A DNA stretch of 64,000 nucleotides from NCBI GenBank assembly GCA_002269645.1, contig NIVC01001611.1:186001-250000 (forward strand), in the 5' to 3' direction. A program made the translations under genes and the position numbers. The notes under the pieces were generated by a model. That model was given only the letters and a program-made list of their open reading frames with translations, ran no database searches and was not told where the DNA came from. Source of the DNA: Macrostomum lignano (lineage: Eukaryota). Positions 25,309-53,290 of this stretch are shown one piece after another (position 1 is the first letter of the stretch; each line of letters opens with the position of its first letter).

Positions 25309-26787
25309 CGTCTGTTTGACCAAGACAATAAATTAAGAAACTTCTGAGTCCTGAAACTATTAATGTAATAATGTACAACTACAGGTACAAAGTAGTAGTC
25401 ACAACCACTGTTTAGATTTATTTTATATTAAGTCTTGACAAGTTCGCAAAAGTACAACATAACTAGGAGGTACAATGCTGAAAGTCAGACAAGGTAATTG
25501 AGTTTTCGCTAGCTATTCTTTATTTATTGATTAATGTTTTTTTTATTTTAGGCACAAAGATATCTAAATAGATTGTTCTTAGAAACATCACACTTAAATT
25601 GCCGCCTCCGACAATTTATAAAAATTAGTGCATATCTAAACAAAAAAATGATTATTAACACCCATGGTATACAGAAAACATATTGAAAGCTAAAGTTTTT
25701 TTAACGGCGTAAAATTTTATCTCTCTTGACCGAAAAAATGCTAAATAATCCTAAATACTGAAAATGAATACGCTTTATGCGAGTGTATGTCGGACATTTA
25801 AGAGCCCGCTACCCGATGTGCCTGAGAACTGTATGGCAAAATTTATATTGCGCCAGTCTGGAATCAAGTATTTTAGTAGTTTTTAACAAATAATAATGCA
25901 GTAGCAAACAGAATTAGCTACACAGAAATAACGTTAAGAGTTATTGATATTCAAATCTGTCTGAAAGTATGACAGGTGAAAGTCAAAGTCAACCTTAACA
26001 AGGAAAAAATGAAATCAAACACGCTATAATTTGTTAGTCGTACCAATTCGAGAATGTATACTTGGTCACATAACTCTAATGCATGCTGGACTTAGTGTAT
26101 TTTTGAGTCGCACAAACAATTAAGTTAAATTAAAAAAAACTAAATAAGGATCACGAGCTAGTTACGATAAACCTTGCAGAAGTTAGCTGCTAAGAAAACA
26201 AAAGAGGGGCACCTATAAATACTTACTCAGGTAAACGGGAAAAACAATTATTAATCAATAATTGCAAAGAAGCTAACAAAAAACAGGCAAGATTGTGCAA
26301 ATTAGTAATATCTAAGGGCAAAGTGCACAGAAGCATGCAGTTAGAAAGCAAAGCAAGCAGATAAAGTGGATGATAAGTGAGGAAATAAATAAGCAAGCAG
26401 TTATTTAGCATTATATTTGAACAATATTACAAATTACAACAGCAAAGTAAGTGGGGAAATAAAACAACAAATTGCTATTTGCAGAAACAGAAATGAGATA
26501 TAGATAAAAACATGAACTATTTGTTCAAAAAAGTATTGGGCCAACAAGCGGTGTATTTGAATGTTGATTGGCTTAAATAAAATATTACCATTAAAAACCA
26601 AATATTGAAAGAATCAAGTAGAAAACGCCAACTCTGCAATAGGCAGACTATGGAAAAAGTTCCACTGACAAAATTTATTCTCAGACTTGGAATTTGAAGA
26701 AAAACTGTGTTGATAAATTAAACAAAGTTTATTACATTATTCGCCTACTAAAAGTAGGCTAATCGTGACATCTTACAAATCAGATTA

Positions 26788-27246
26788 GAGTGAGACAGAG
26801 ATAGACCAGACTGAGACAGAGATAGACCAGACTGAGACAGAAATAGACCAGACTGAGACAGAGATAGACCAGACTGAGACAGAGATAGACCAGACTGAGA
26901 GAGAGATAGACCAGACTGAGGCAGAGATAGACCAGACTGAGAGAGAGATAGACCAGACTGAGAGAGAGATAGACCAGACTGAGACGGAGATAGACCAGAC
27001 TGAGAGAGAGATAGACCAGACTGAGACAGAGATAGACCAGACTGAGAGAGAGATAGACCAGACTGAGACGGAGATAGACCAGACTGAGACGGAGATAGAC
27101 CAGACTGAGACGGAGATAGACCAGACTGAGACGGAGATAGACCAGACTGAGAGAGATAGACCAGACTGAGACGGAGATAGACCAGACTGAGGCAGAGATA
27201 GACCAGACTGAGACGGAGATAGACCAGACTGAGACGGAGATAGACA
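26788..27246. repeat. 22-bp minisatellite immediately 3' of the LOTUS-only ORF
   Basis: GAGATAGACCAGACTGAGAC(A/G) units. Confidence 0.95.
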
Positions 27247-27263
27247 GGCCACAAAAATCTAAC

Positions 27264-27680
27264 CTAAGCCGCTGGGGCAGGACTAAACGGATCTAAAACG
27301 GGCGGCGGCGGCGGCGGCGGCGGTGGCGGAGGCGGCGGTCGCCTCGGTCGCTCGGCCCGAATCAGACTGACAATATGAGCAGTCCTGGGAGTGACAACTC
27401 CGTGACAGACAATCCGACGACCTGAGACCTCAATTTGGACAACGTGCGGCAGAGACTCCAGATATTGGCGCAGATTGGCGTATTGACCGCCGAAGCTCCA
27501 GTCTAGCGGTCGATGGCACAGTCGTAAATATTGCCGTTCAAGCGACGGCAGAGGGACACCCCGTCGAGCTGATAACAGAACAGCCCTAAGTTGGCTCTCC
27601 TGTTCAAGGATACGAGCGTGCTGCTGCTGCCGTTCCGCGTCTGGAACTGGCGCCGCTTCCACTGCCGCCGCTTGAGCCAT
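27264..27680 (-). CDS. Short LOTUS (OST-HTH) domain-only protein with poly-Pro tail, about 138 aa
   Basis: MAQAAAV...LRAVLLSARRGVPLPSLERQYLRLCHRPL...ANLRQYLESLPHVVQI...TAHIVSLIRAE...P11...* matches the N-terminal extended LOTUS of TDRD5/TDRD7 and the neighbouring gene. GC-rich, CpG-rich exon-like composition. Confidence 0.75.
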   Translation of the reverse strand: MAQAAAVEAAPVPDAERQQQHARILEQESQLRAVLLSARRGVPLPSLERQYLRLCHRPLDWSFGGQYANLRQYLESLPHVVQIEVSGRRIVCHGVVTPRTAHIVSLIRAERPRRPPPPPPPPPPPPPVLDPFSPAPAA

Positions 27681-27797
27681 GCAAAATATAGGCAATTTCA
27701 CTTGCTATTAGGCATTTCACAGATTGGAAACTACTATAAGTAGAAAGAATGCGATGCGAAACTAACTATGATTACAACATTCAATGTTTGTGTGATG

Positions 27798-28200
27798 AGA
27801 CTGACTGACTGACTGACTGACTAACTGACTAACTGACTGACTGACTGACTGACTGACTGACTGACTGACTGACTGACTGACTGACTGACTGACTGACTGA
27901 CTGACTGACTGACTGACTGACTGACTGACTGACTGACTGACTGACTGACTGACTGACTGACTGACTGACTGACTGACTGACTGACTGACTGACTGACTGA
28001 CTGACTGACTGACTGACTGACTGACTGACTGACTGACTGACTGACTGACTGACTGACTGAGCGATTGAGTGAGAGGGTGAGCGATTGAGAGAGTGAGAGA
28101 ATGAGTTAGTGAGCGAGAGTCGGTGAGTGAGTGAGCGAGAGTCGGTGAGTGAGTGAGTGAGAGTCGGTGAGTGAGTGAGCGACAGTCAGTGAGTGAGTGA
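27798..28200. repeat. (GACT)n followed by (GAGT)-like microsatellite
   Basis: Read directly. Confidence 0.95.
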
Positions 28201-28680
28201 TCAAATAAATGAGTGATAAGTAATTAAATAAACATTTTGAAATTTCTCAAACAGAAAAATAAACGCAAATGAAACACCACAGGAAATTTTATTTCGTTTA
28301 TTAAAAAAAATGTAATAATTGGTATAGTAATAATGATGACAGTCTGAAGATTTATTAGTATACTTTTTATATTATTATTATATAATACTCATATTTATAC
28401 CTATATTTAAAACTAATTATTTAAGAACACCGGAAAAAAAAGCTATTTAACAAAATAAACAAAAATAGTTAGGATATATAATTGGCAGTTAATATACTTT
28501 TTTCTAAAAATAAACTTATAAATCGACCTTTGCAACAGAAACTGGCAAAGATAATTATAGTTAGTAAATGCTTTATGCACACAAATTTGCACTACGCATG
28601 TACAATATTATGAAGGCGTCTTGGAGCAAATCAAATGAAATCGCATAATATTATTTTATCGAGAGTTGAATAAACCACTC

Positions 28681-29290
28681 ACTAGCCAATCAAAAAATTG
28701 CATATCTTATCAAACTTTCTTTATCAGCCAATCAGAGAATCACAAATCTTATCTAACTTTCTTTATCAGCCAATTAGAGAATCGCATGTCTTATCTAACT
28801 TTCTACATCAGCCAATGAGAGAATCGCAAGTCTTATCTAACTTTCTACATCAGCCAATGAGAGAATCGCAAGTCTTATCTAACTTTCTACATCAGCCAAT
28901 CAGAGAATCGCATGTCTTATCTAACTTTCTACATCAGCCAATGAGAGAATCGCAAGTCTTATCTAACTTTCTACATCAGCCAATCAGAGAATCGCATGTC
29001 TTAACTAACTTTCTACATCAGCCAATGAGAGAATCGCAAGTCTTATCTAACTTTCTACATCAGCCAATCAGAGAATCGCATGTCTTAACTAACTTTCTAC
29101 ATCAGCCAATCAGAGAATCGCTTGTCTTATCTAACTTTCTTTACCAGCCAATCAGAGAATCGCATGTCTTATCTAACTTTCTTCATCAGCCAATCAGAAA
29201 ATCGCATATCTTATCTAACTTTCTTTATCAGCCAATCAGAGAATCGCATATCTCATCTAACTTTCTTCATCAGCCAATCAGAGAATCTCG
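28681..29290. repeat. 42-bp minisatellite containing CAGCCAAT(C/G)AGAG
   Basis: Unit CTTATCTAACTTTCTACATCAGCCAATGAGAGAATCGCAAGT, about 14 copies. It explains ORF 28698..29312. Confidence 0.95.
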
Positions 29291-29351
29291 TTATTTTTCC
29301 TTCATCAGATGACTTTCAGGTCAAGTTGGTTTACTATGCTCAACTGTCTTC

Positions 29352-30188
29352 TCAATTGACCAGCTCAACCAATGGCAGCAAGCCGGCAGTCTCACTGCCT
29401 TTAGTCAGCAGCCGAAAATTCCTGGCCGGCAGCCAGCCGTCATCACTGGAACAGCCGCCAGTCAGCACCCTACTGACGCTGCGCCGCTGACACCTGACAA
29501 AACCGCAGGCTGGCGGCAAATTAGCCAATCGCAATCGAATGAAGCCAAGTTCGCGAGCCATTTGTTTTATTAAATCTTCGTTCGCCTGCCGCCTAGATAA
29601 GTGCAATATAAGGCGACACACAGGCGGCAGGCGAATCAGCTGATCTAGCTGGATTCGCTGACAGCTGCTGCTGCTGCTGTTGAATGGCCAGTCCATCAGC
29701 ACAATGTCGCCTAATTCAGCCGAATAGTCCACGTCTAGCAGTGAGCATCGAGCCAGACAGCCGTCCGCTTCAACTAGATAGATTTCGTCCGATAGAATGA
29801 CATCGGCTTGGCAGCGAACTCGACAGTGAAGAGCCGGCTCGGCAGTCAGGCGATTCAGTAACTGCCCGGCTTCGTCCAGTGTCGACTCAATTGAGCGGCG
29901 AAGCTCGACGATCGGGATGGTTTCTATAGCAACAAGATCTTCGGCGGCGGCCTCGTCAGAGTTCAAGAGGCGATAGCGGGCGGTAAACTGTTGGCCAGAG
30001 CGAAGCGCTGATAGGTTGATGAAGCTCGTCTCGATGAAGCCGGGAGTCTGCGGCGGCGGAGACGGCGGCATGAGCAGGTTTGGTTGCTGCTGCTGTTGCT
30101 GCTGCTGCGATGGATTTCTTGTGTAGATGTACGGCCTGCAAAGGGCAGTGTGAAAATACAGGCGCAAAAATAGACAGACACACAGACT

Positions 30189-30228
<40 letters not shown>

Positions 30229-30280
30229 CAGACAGACAGACACTAAGACAGCCGGACAGACAGAGACACACAGACAGAAG

Positions 30281-30373
<93 letters not shown>

Positions 30374-30399
30374 CAGACAGACAGACACACAGACAGACA

Positions 30400-30464
<65 letters not shown>

Positions 30465-30476
30465 CACAGACAGACA

Positions 30477-30549
<73 letters not shown>

Positions 30550-30576
30550 GGCGGACAGACAGACAGACAGACAGAC

Positions 30577-30645
<69 letters not shown>

Positions 30646-31328
30646 GGCAACTCACGGCAGAGTTTGCAGCGACTCTCTGGCTGCTGCTGGTCGGGGCGGA
30701 GGCGGTGGATTTTGCGACAGCTTCGTCTTTTGAGACGGCCGCATGAGCGGCTTTGGTTGCTTCTGCTGTTGCTGGGATGGAATTCTGTAGATGTATGGGT
30801 TGCAAAGACCGGTTTGCAAATACACACTCTTGGAACGATACTTTGGCTTGAGGACAAATAAACAGATGGACAAACACACAAACAGACGCAGACAACTCAC
30901 GGTAGAGACTGTCTGGCTGCTGGTTGGGGCGGAGGCGGCGCATTTTGCGACACCTTTGCCTTCTGAGGCGGCGGCCGCCTAGAGACGGGAGCCGAGCCCG
31001 CGCCCCTGTTTCGCTTTCGCTTTTTATTAGACTTCTGCTTGTTGATCAGTTCCACAATAGCGCGAGAGGACTCCGTGACCACGCCGAAGCACCTGTAGCC
31101 GCCGCTGGACATTGGGTCCCGGCTGAGTCGGACCACATGCGGCAGGCCGGAAAGGTACTCCAGCAGAGTGCCCCGGCCTTGAAGGTCGAGCTGTTTTGAA
31201 GCCAGTACGCGATAATCTCTGAGCACTTCGCCAAGAGGCACGCCCTCCTTTGACGAGAGCAGCAGACAGCGGAGATTTACTTCTTGTTCTTCCTGGAATG
31301 CCAGCAGCGGTGACGATTTCCGGGGCAT
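29352..31328 (-). CDS. Tejas/TDRD5-like protein: eLOTUS + Pro/Gln linker + extended Tudor, about 446 aa, 3 exons
   Basis: Exons 31328-30901, 30784-30656 and 30135-29352, with phase-2 GT-AG joins. LOTUS: [21 protein letters not shown]...[13 protein letters not shown]...[12 protein letters not shown]. Tudor-like: [18 protein letters not shown]...IVLMDW...LIRLPP...[10 protein letters not shown]. Orthology to TDRD5 versus TDRD7 is not resolved. Confidence 0.75.
30170..30645. repeat. (GACA)n microsatellite in intron 2 of the LOTUS-Tudor gene
   Basis: Read directly. Confidence 0.97.
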
Positions 31329-31337
31329 CGATGAGCC

Positions 31338-31780
31338 ACTGATGACCTAAGGGGAACTGATGACCTACTAAGGATCTCAGGGTACTGATTACATACCTAT
31401 GACCTAATTGATGACCTACTGATGAACTTAAGAGAAGCGATGACCCACTAATGACCTTAGGGGAATCGATGACCTATACTGATGACCTTAGGGGATTCGA
31501 TGACCTATACTGATGACCATAGGGGATTCGATGACCTATACTGATGACCTTAGGCCTTAGGGGAATCGATGACCTATACTGATGACCATAGGCCTTAGGG
31601 GAATCGATGACCTATACTGATGACCTTAGGGGATTCGATGACCTATACTGATGACCATAGGGGATTCGATGACCTATACTGATGACCATAGGGGATTCGA
31701 TGACCTATACTGATGACCTTAGGGGATTCGGTGACCTATACTGATGACCTTAGGGGATTCGGTGACCTATACTGATGACC
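31338..31780. repeat. ~31-bp minisatellite directly upstream of the LOTUS-Tudor start codon
   Basis: GATGACCTATACTGATGACC(T/A)TAGGGGATTC units. Confidence 0.92.
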
Positions 31781-33459
31781 TTTTTAATTAGCTAATTCAA
31801 TTAACGAAGGTCCAGCTATAAAGCCAGAACCAACAAACTCGATATTTTGATTAAATTGCAAGACTTAAAAAAGATTGAATAACAAATCAAACAGTACTTT
31901 TTCAAGTGTCAATATGTACTGTCGAGGTGAAAGAATTATACTTATAAATAAATATAAATATAGCCTATTTTGATATAACTGGTTTTAGAAAACGTTCATA
32001 CTTACACTTAATAAGCATATGTATTGATTAAGGTGATAACTGTGTCCAAATAATATAAGTAAGTACAAAAGGAGCACATGTACTTTAAATATCTATTTTA
32101 GATTTAAGTACTACTACTACAGATATTATATAGTGCAATATATTAATATATAACACCATTTGCTATATTTCCCACTTTGAGTATATCCATAAATATAGAA
32201 GTGTACTATAAAAAAGGTGCCATATAAAAGTGGATTAGAGCCAATCGTTTACTTGTGCAAATAAATAAGTATATATAAGTAATATAGCATCAATTGGTGC
32301 AATTGGCACTGCACAGACATAAAAACAATAACCAATAGAAATAATTATTAATTAACAAATCTTTTACAAGTCAAAATTTTGATGGAATGTTATAATAAAT
32401 TAATAAATAACTATTATGTGCTATCTTCAATATTAGAAAACACATCTAATCTGACTACTAACAATCGGTTATCAACGAGTAGTATGGAAAGAAAACTTAC
32501 ACGTCAAACAGTTATAAATTTATTATATTAGTAATATAATATTAGTATTAGAATTACCGAATAATAGTTTTTATTCACTAGAGTGTGCGAAAAACACAAA
32601 AAGTGAACACACAGACTACTATTAGTAGATTTCTAAAGGCGCAAATTTAAACTTAAGAATAATTAAATAAAGCAATAGCAAGTGGCAAATAAAACAAAAA
32701 GCGGCTACCAAGAAACAGAACTGATGAGAAATGAAATAAGAATAAAACAAACCATAAAGCCGGCTTCATCTTGGAATGCTTTTAGAAGCAATGCCGATTT
32801 TCTTCTTCAACACTACATTCGCGCGCATATTAATAAAACTTGTTTCCGAATATTAAAATTAAAAAATTAACAAAGCATTTGTGCTGGATATCTTAACTGG
32901 CTACTGTGGAGAGTAGCCAGTGGCAAATATAACGTGAGTAAGTTGTGCTAAATATGAAAAAGATATTTGCTTTAGAAAAAAAGCTTGGAATAAAGCGTGC
33001 AATGTGCGAAAAAAATAAAGAAATTACTACTGACAACTCTATAGTTGGTAGGTTGAAAAGAAAAAAATGTAATAAATGGTTATTATTTTAAGACATTTAA
33101 GCCAAAAAGGCCTATTAAAAACAGAAATATTGTGTAAATAAAATTTAAGAACCAATGTCCTTATCACACGCAAAAGAACAAAAGTGGGGAAAAGTGGAAA
33201 ATCAAATATCCAATTACTTAGTTCGTGTTTTGTGCCTATTGGTCCTAAACATTATCCAGCTAATAGAATGCTTCTAGAAACTCGTAGATTTTCTTTCCTT
33301 ACATTTTTGAGAAACTAGCGTAGAAATATCCAAAACACTCCACTAATACTACTTTAGGGAACAAGTAGCAAAATATGCTTATATATTTTTCTAAACCATA
33401 AAAAACTCAGAACAAGTTCATATATCCTACAGCCAGAAACGGTGCAATAAGTAGTATTT

Positions 33460-50014
<16,555 letters not shown>

Positions 50015-50580
50015 GGCTGACTTGCTGAGTCCAAGATAGTGGTTTTTGAGCAAATTACAGCGACTCAAGAAGCCTCTTAGGGCTGGAAATTGAATAAAAG
50101 ATAAATAAAGTTTTTAATATTATACCAAACTACCAATAATATACTCATTAATACTTGACATAAGATCTTGGTCCTTTTCCTGGTAGTAAAATAGAACTTT
50201 ATTAAAAGTGCTAAATTTTAATATGAAGCTTATATGTCAAAAAAAATTCATGGCATAAAAATGACCACATTAGCTAATGAAATGACTTTATAAATACTTG
50301 AAGACTAAACAAAAGGTAACAAAAAAATAACAATTAAAAATCATTTGATAAAATAGTAGATAATGAATGAGATCTATTTAGTCACTTCAACTAGCAAAGC
50401 ATTTTATTAATTTAAATAAACAATATTGCTATGCACTAGCCCTACTTTTATATAAGCCTAAATTAAATTTAAATTAAAATAAAAAAGCTTGATAAAACAT
50501 TGCAACTTATGAGTCAACATGATATATATATATAGGCCCTACAAATAAACTATACTTTTTGTCATGACTGGAGCTATTTC

Positions 50581-50782
50581 CAGGCACCGCAGAACAAGTT
50601 TTTGCCAGGGGGGGGGGGCAGGACCAAGTTTCCGAAACTCAAGCCCAGACCCTGTCTTGGACAGTGACCAAAAATTTTAGCAAAATTATGCTGTTGAATG
50701 GTAGTTGAGGGGGGCAATGCCCCCCCAACTCAATGTCAGGGGGCAGCTGCCCCCTTTGCCCCCCCCTGTTCTGTGGTGCCTG
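50581..50782. mobile_element. hAT-type MITE (CAGG termini, 8-bp TSD)
   Basis: TIRs CAGGCACCGCAGAAC and GTTCTGTGGTGCCTG (1 mismatch at a CpG). Flanks are GCTATTTC and GCTATTCC. Confidence 0.75.
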
Positions 50783-50904
50783 GCTATTCCCTTTTATTTA
50801 TTTTAAGGGCCTAGGTAGCTATAATATATTACTATCATAGATTCATTTCTAATCTTTCTTTTTTGGAATCTATATACAAACTAAATATTTATTTATTTAT
50901 TTTA

Positions 50905-51300
50905 GCTGCCCAATTGCCAGAGGGCTCGGCTATGGCAGGCAGTGGTCAAAACCATCCTGCTATACAATGCTAAGATGTGGATGCTGATGGCTACGCTAGA
51001 GCGGCAGCTGGACTCGGTGCACACAGGGTTGCTCCATGCCCAAGGCCCAAGGCCCTGTACAATTGGGCCAAGCTGCAGCGCCTGTCCACTATCCTGCGCC
51101 GGCGGCGACTTCAACCGGTGGGCCACCTGATCCAGGCCAAGGGCTACTGCCCCCAACCTGTTCAGGATGTCCTGCTGCTTACCTTGTGGGGTCTGTTTAG
51201 GCGAGGTCAGGCCCGAACCCGTCGATATGTGGACTGCCTGCTGTGTGATGCTGGGGCACCCAACACTGCCAATGGAGCTGACTTTGTTCACTTCCAGGCT
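50905..51300 (+). mobile_element. CpG-decayed 3' fragment of an RTE-like LINE, related to the 1.7-2.45 kb copy
   Basis: RLWQAVVKTILLYNAKMWMLM..., then after a frameshift LRRRRLQPVGH...RRYVDCLLCDAG, which parallels LRRRRLQLAGH...RYADCLLDDAG in the first copy. Confidence 0.8.
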
Positions 51301-51308
51301 CTGCTGCA

Positions 51309-51496
51309 CAGTGGTGGATCCTGGGGGGGGGGGGGGGGGGCATGGCCCCCTTTAGCTGCCTCGAAAAAATTCTGCTCTTGGCATTTGGCCCCCTTCTAAG
51401 TAAAGAAAGGGCTTGGGCCTTGGGGTGGGTTCCTACTCGGGGCAGAATGAAAAAAGTTGCCCCCCTCTCAAGAAATTCCTGGATCCATGCCTACTG
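51309..51496. mobile_element. Degenerate MITE with CAGTGG(C/T)GGATCC-like termini
   Basis: Left CAGTGGTGGATCCTGGG and right CCTGGATCCATGCCTACTG. No clear TSD. Confidence 0.45.
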
Positions 51497-52540
51497 CCGC
51501 GCGCCATCTGATATGCCCTGCTTTAACTGTGACTATGCATGTAGGGTTGCATATTTTGTTGTTGTTATTTTAGTTTATTGTTAAACAGTTGCTAGTTATT
51601 TAGTCATTGTTTAAAGTAAAACAAACAAACAAAATAAAACAAATTGTGCTTTATATTCTACTATTTAATTTAATCTTATATTATTACCATTTTATATAGT
51701 AGCCCTAGGCTTGTTGCCTTATCTTAGTAGCTAGTCTTTAGGTTGGAATAAAATGGTTTCTTACCAAGTTAAATGATGTTTTCCTTGCTATCTATAGCTA
51801 CATATGCTGCAGCTTAATTAGCAATATTGGTCAAAGTTCCCACACTTTTTTTATCTTTAAAATGACATCCAGATGAACATTGTAAATTAAATATTAAAAG
51901 AGATATGACCAAAAATACAAAAAAGTGAAATTCATTTATGGCAATCAAAAGGCACCAACCTATAGTATATTTTTCCTATCTGAAAAACACCATTTTTTAA
52001 CACAAAAAAATGTTATATAACTTTTTATTCTTTGATCAAATTAGACAAATAAGACCATTTTAGAATGGTATTACTAGGCCTACTCCTCTATCAAATGTAT
52101 CTATCAAAAATATAAAACAAATTTCAAAACCTCATTGGAGTCTTTACCAAAAGTTACTTTTTTAAAATGGCACTCTGGTTGTTTTTTTAGAATGCTAGAC
52201 TTTGGTAATCCAGTTTCTTTTAAATTAATCCAATATTATCAATGTTCAAATATGAAAATTTAAGTGCCAAACTAGCAATTTAGCATTAAACTTAGAGATT
52301 TAGTGTATTTAGATATACCCCAAAAATGCAATTTTTTAAACAATTTTATAATGATAAAAAAGATAATAGTCAATAGATCATGTTTTTTTAAGTTAGAATG
52401 AAAGCACACTTTTATGGTATCTATTAGGCCTGTCTTGATCATGAATGAATGGATTATTGGTAATTTTGGCATCCATTTAAACAAGTTAATAGAATTACAG
52501 CTCTAGTGAAATACAAAAGATTAATTAGGCAATATCATAT

Positions 52541-52726
52541 CAATGGCACAACTAGGAGGGAGGGTGGGGAGGCAATCACTTCCCTCCCCCTTAGTTAGAG
52601 ACCAAAAAAATAAAAGGGAGGACCAAGCAAATTTTTGCCAAGAACAGAGCCACCCCATAACCCCTTCTCCTAGGTCTTTACTCTCAAGAAACCACCCCCT
52701 TCAAAAAAATTCTAGTTGCACTACTA
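52541..52726. mobile_element. Degenerate MITE
   Basis: Left CAATGGCACAACTAG and right CTAGTTGCACTACTA are imperfect inverted termini. No TSD. Confidence 0.4.
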
Positions 52727-53230
52727 AGCAATATCTTAGGCTTTGATACACTGTAAACTAAACTTTTGGCCTCAAAATGGTATGCAAATAAATTTTCTAT
52801 GAGTATTGACAAATATTCTCCATTTGTTCTTCTTTGTTTTTTTTGCTAATAAATTTTGTTCAACCCAACTAATACAGAAATAGAACACATTTAAAACAAT
52901 CAACATCCTTGTTTAAAAAGCTTAAAGTCTTATCTTATAAATACTGTATAATGTTAACTATTAAATATTTAATTATTGTTATTTAATTCCTGAAATTATG
53001 ATAGTTAAGATTAAATAAGTTTGATTACAAAAGTTTTGAGAGTAACCCATAGCATTTGCCATTAGTCAAGACGAGACAACAAAGAGAAAACATTAAAAAT
53101 CAATACAATTTACAATATTTAGTGTGAATATAGTTATTGTTAAAATGAGTTTTGATATATTATATTTTAATTTGCTGAAGATGGTTCAGAAAAAGCTCTT
53201 CTTTCTTCATTGTTCAGTGGACCTACTTAC

Positions 53231-53290
53231 GTACTTCGAAGAAATGGTCTGATTCCCACGAAGTTTCCAGCAGTTAAATTTTTTACGCAA
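53231..53290 (-). other. Candidate non-coding first exon of MYO6
   Basis: Strong minus-strand donor (GTAC|GTAAGT at 53230) could pair with the acceptor TTTCCAG at 50083, about 68 nt upstream of the MYO6 ATG. Inference only. Confidence 0.35.

Noticed and set aside
28698-29312. 204-aa ORF with a 14-aa repeat (HQPIRESHVLSNFL)
   Set aside because: The unit is 42 bp (divisible by 3), so an open frame is expected by chance. It is AT-rich and lacks gene signals.
31338-31780. Repeated CTGATGA suggesting hammerhead ribozymes or C/D-box snoRNAs
   Set aside because: No GAAA core or stems follow. Other CTGATGA hits (32723, 54606) also lack a valid stem II/III.
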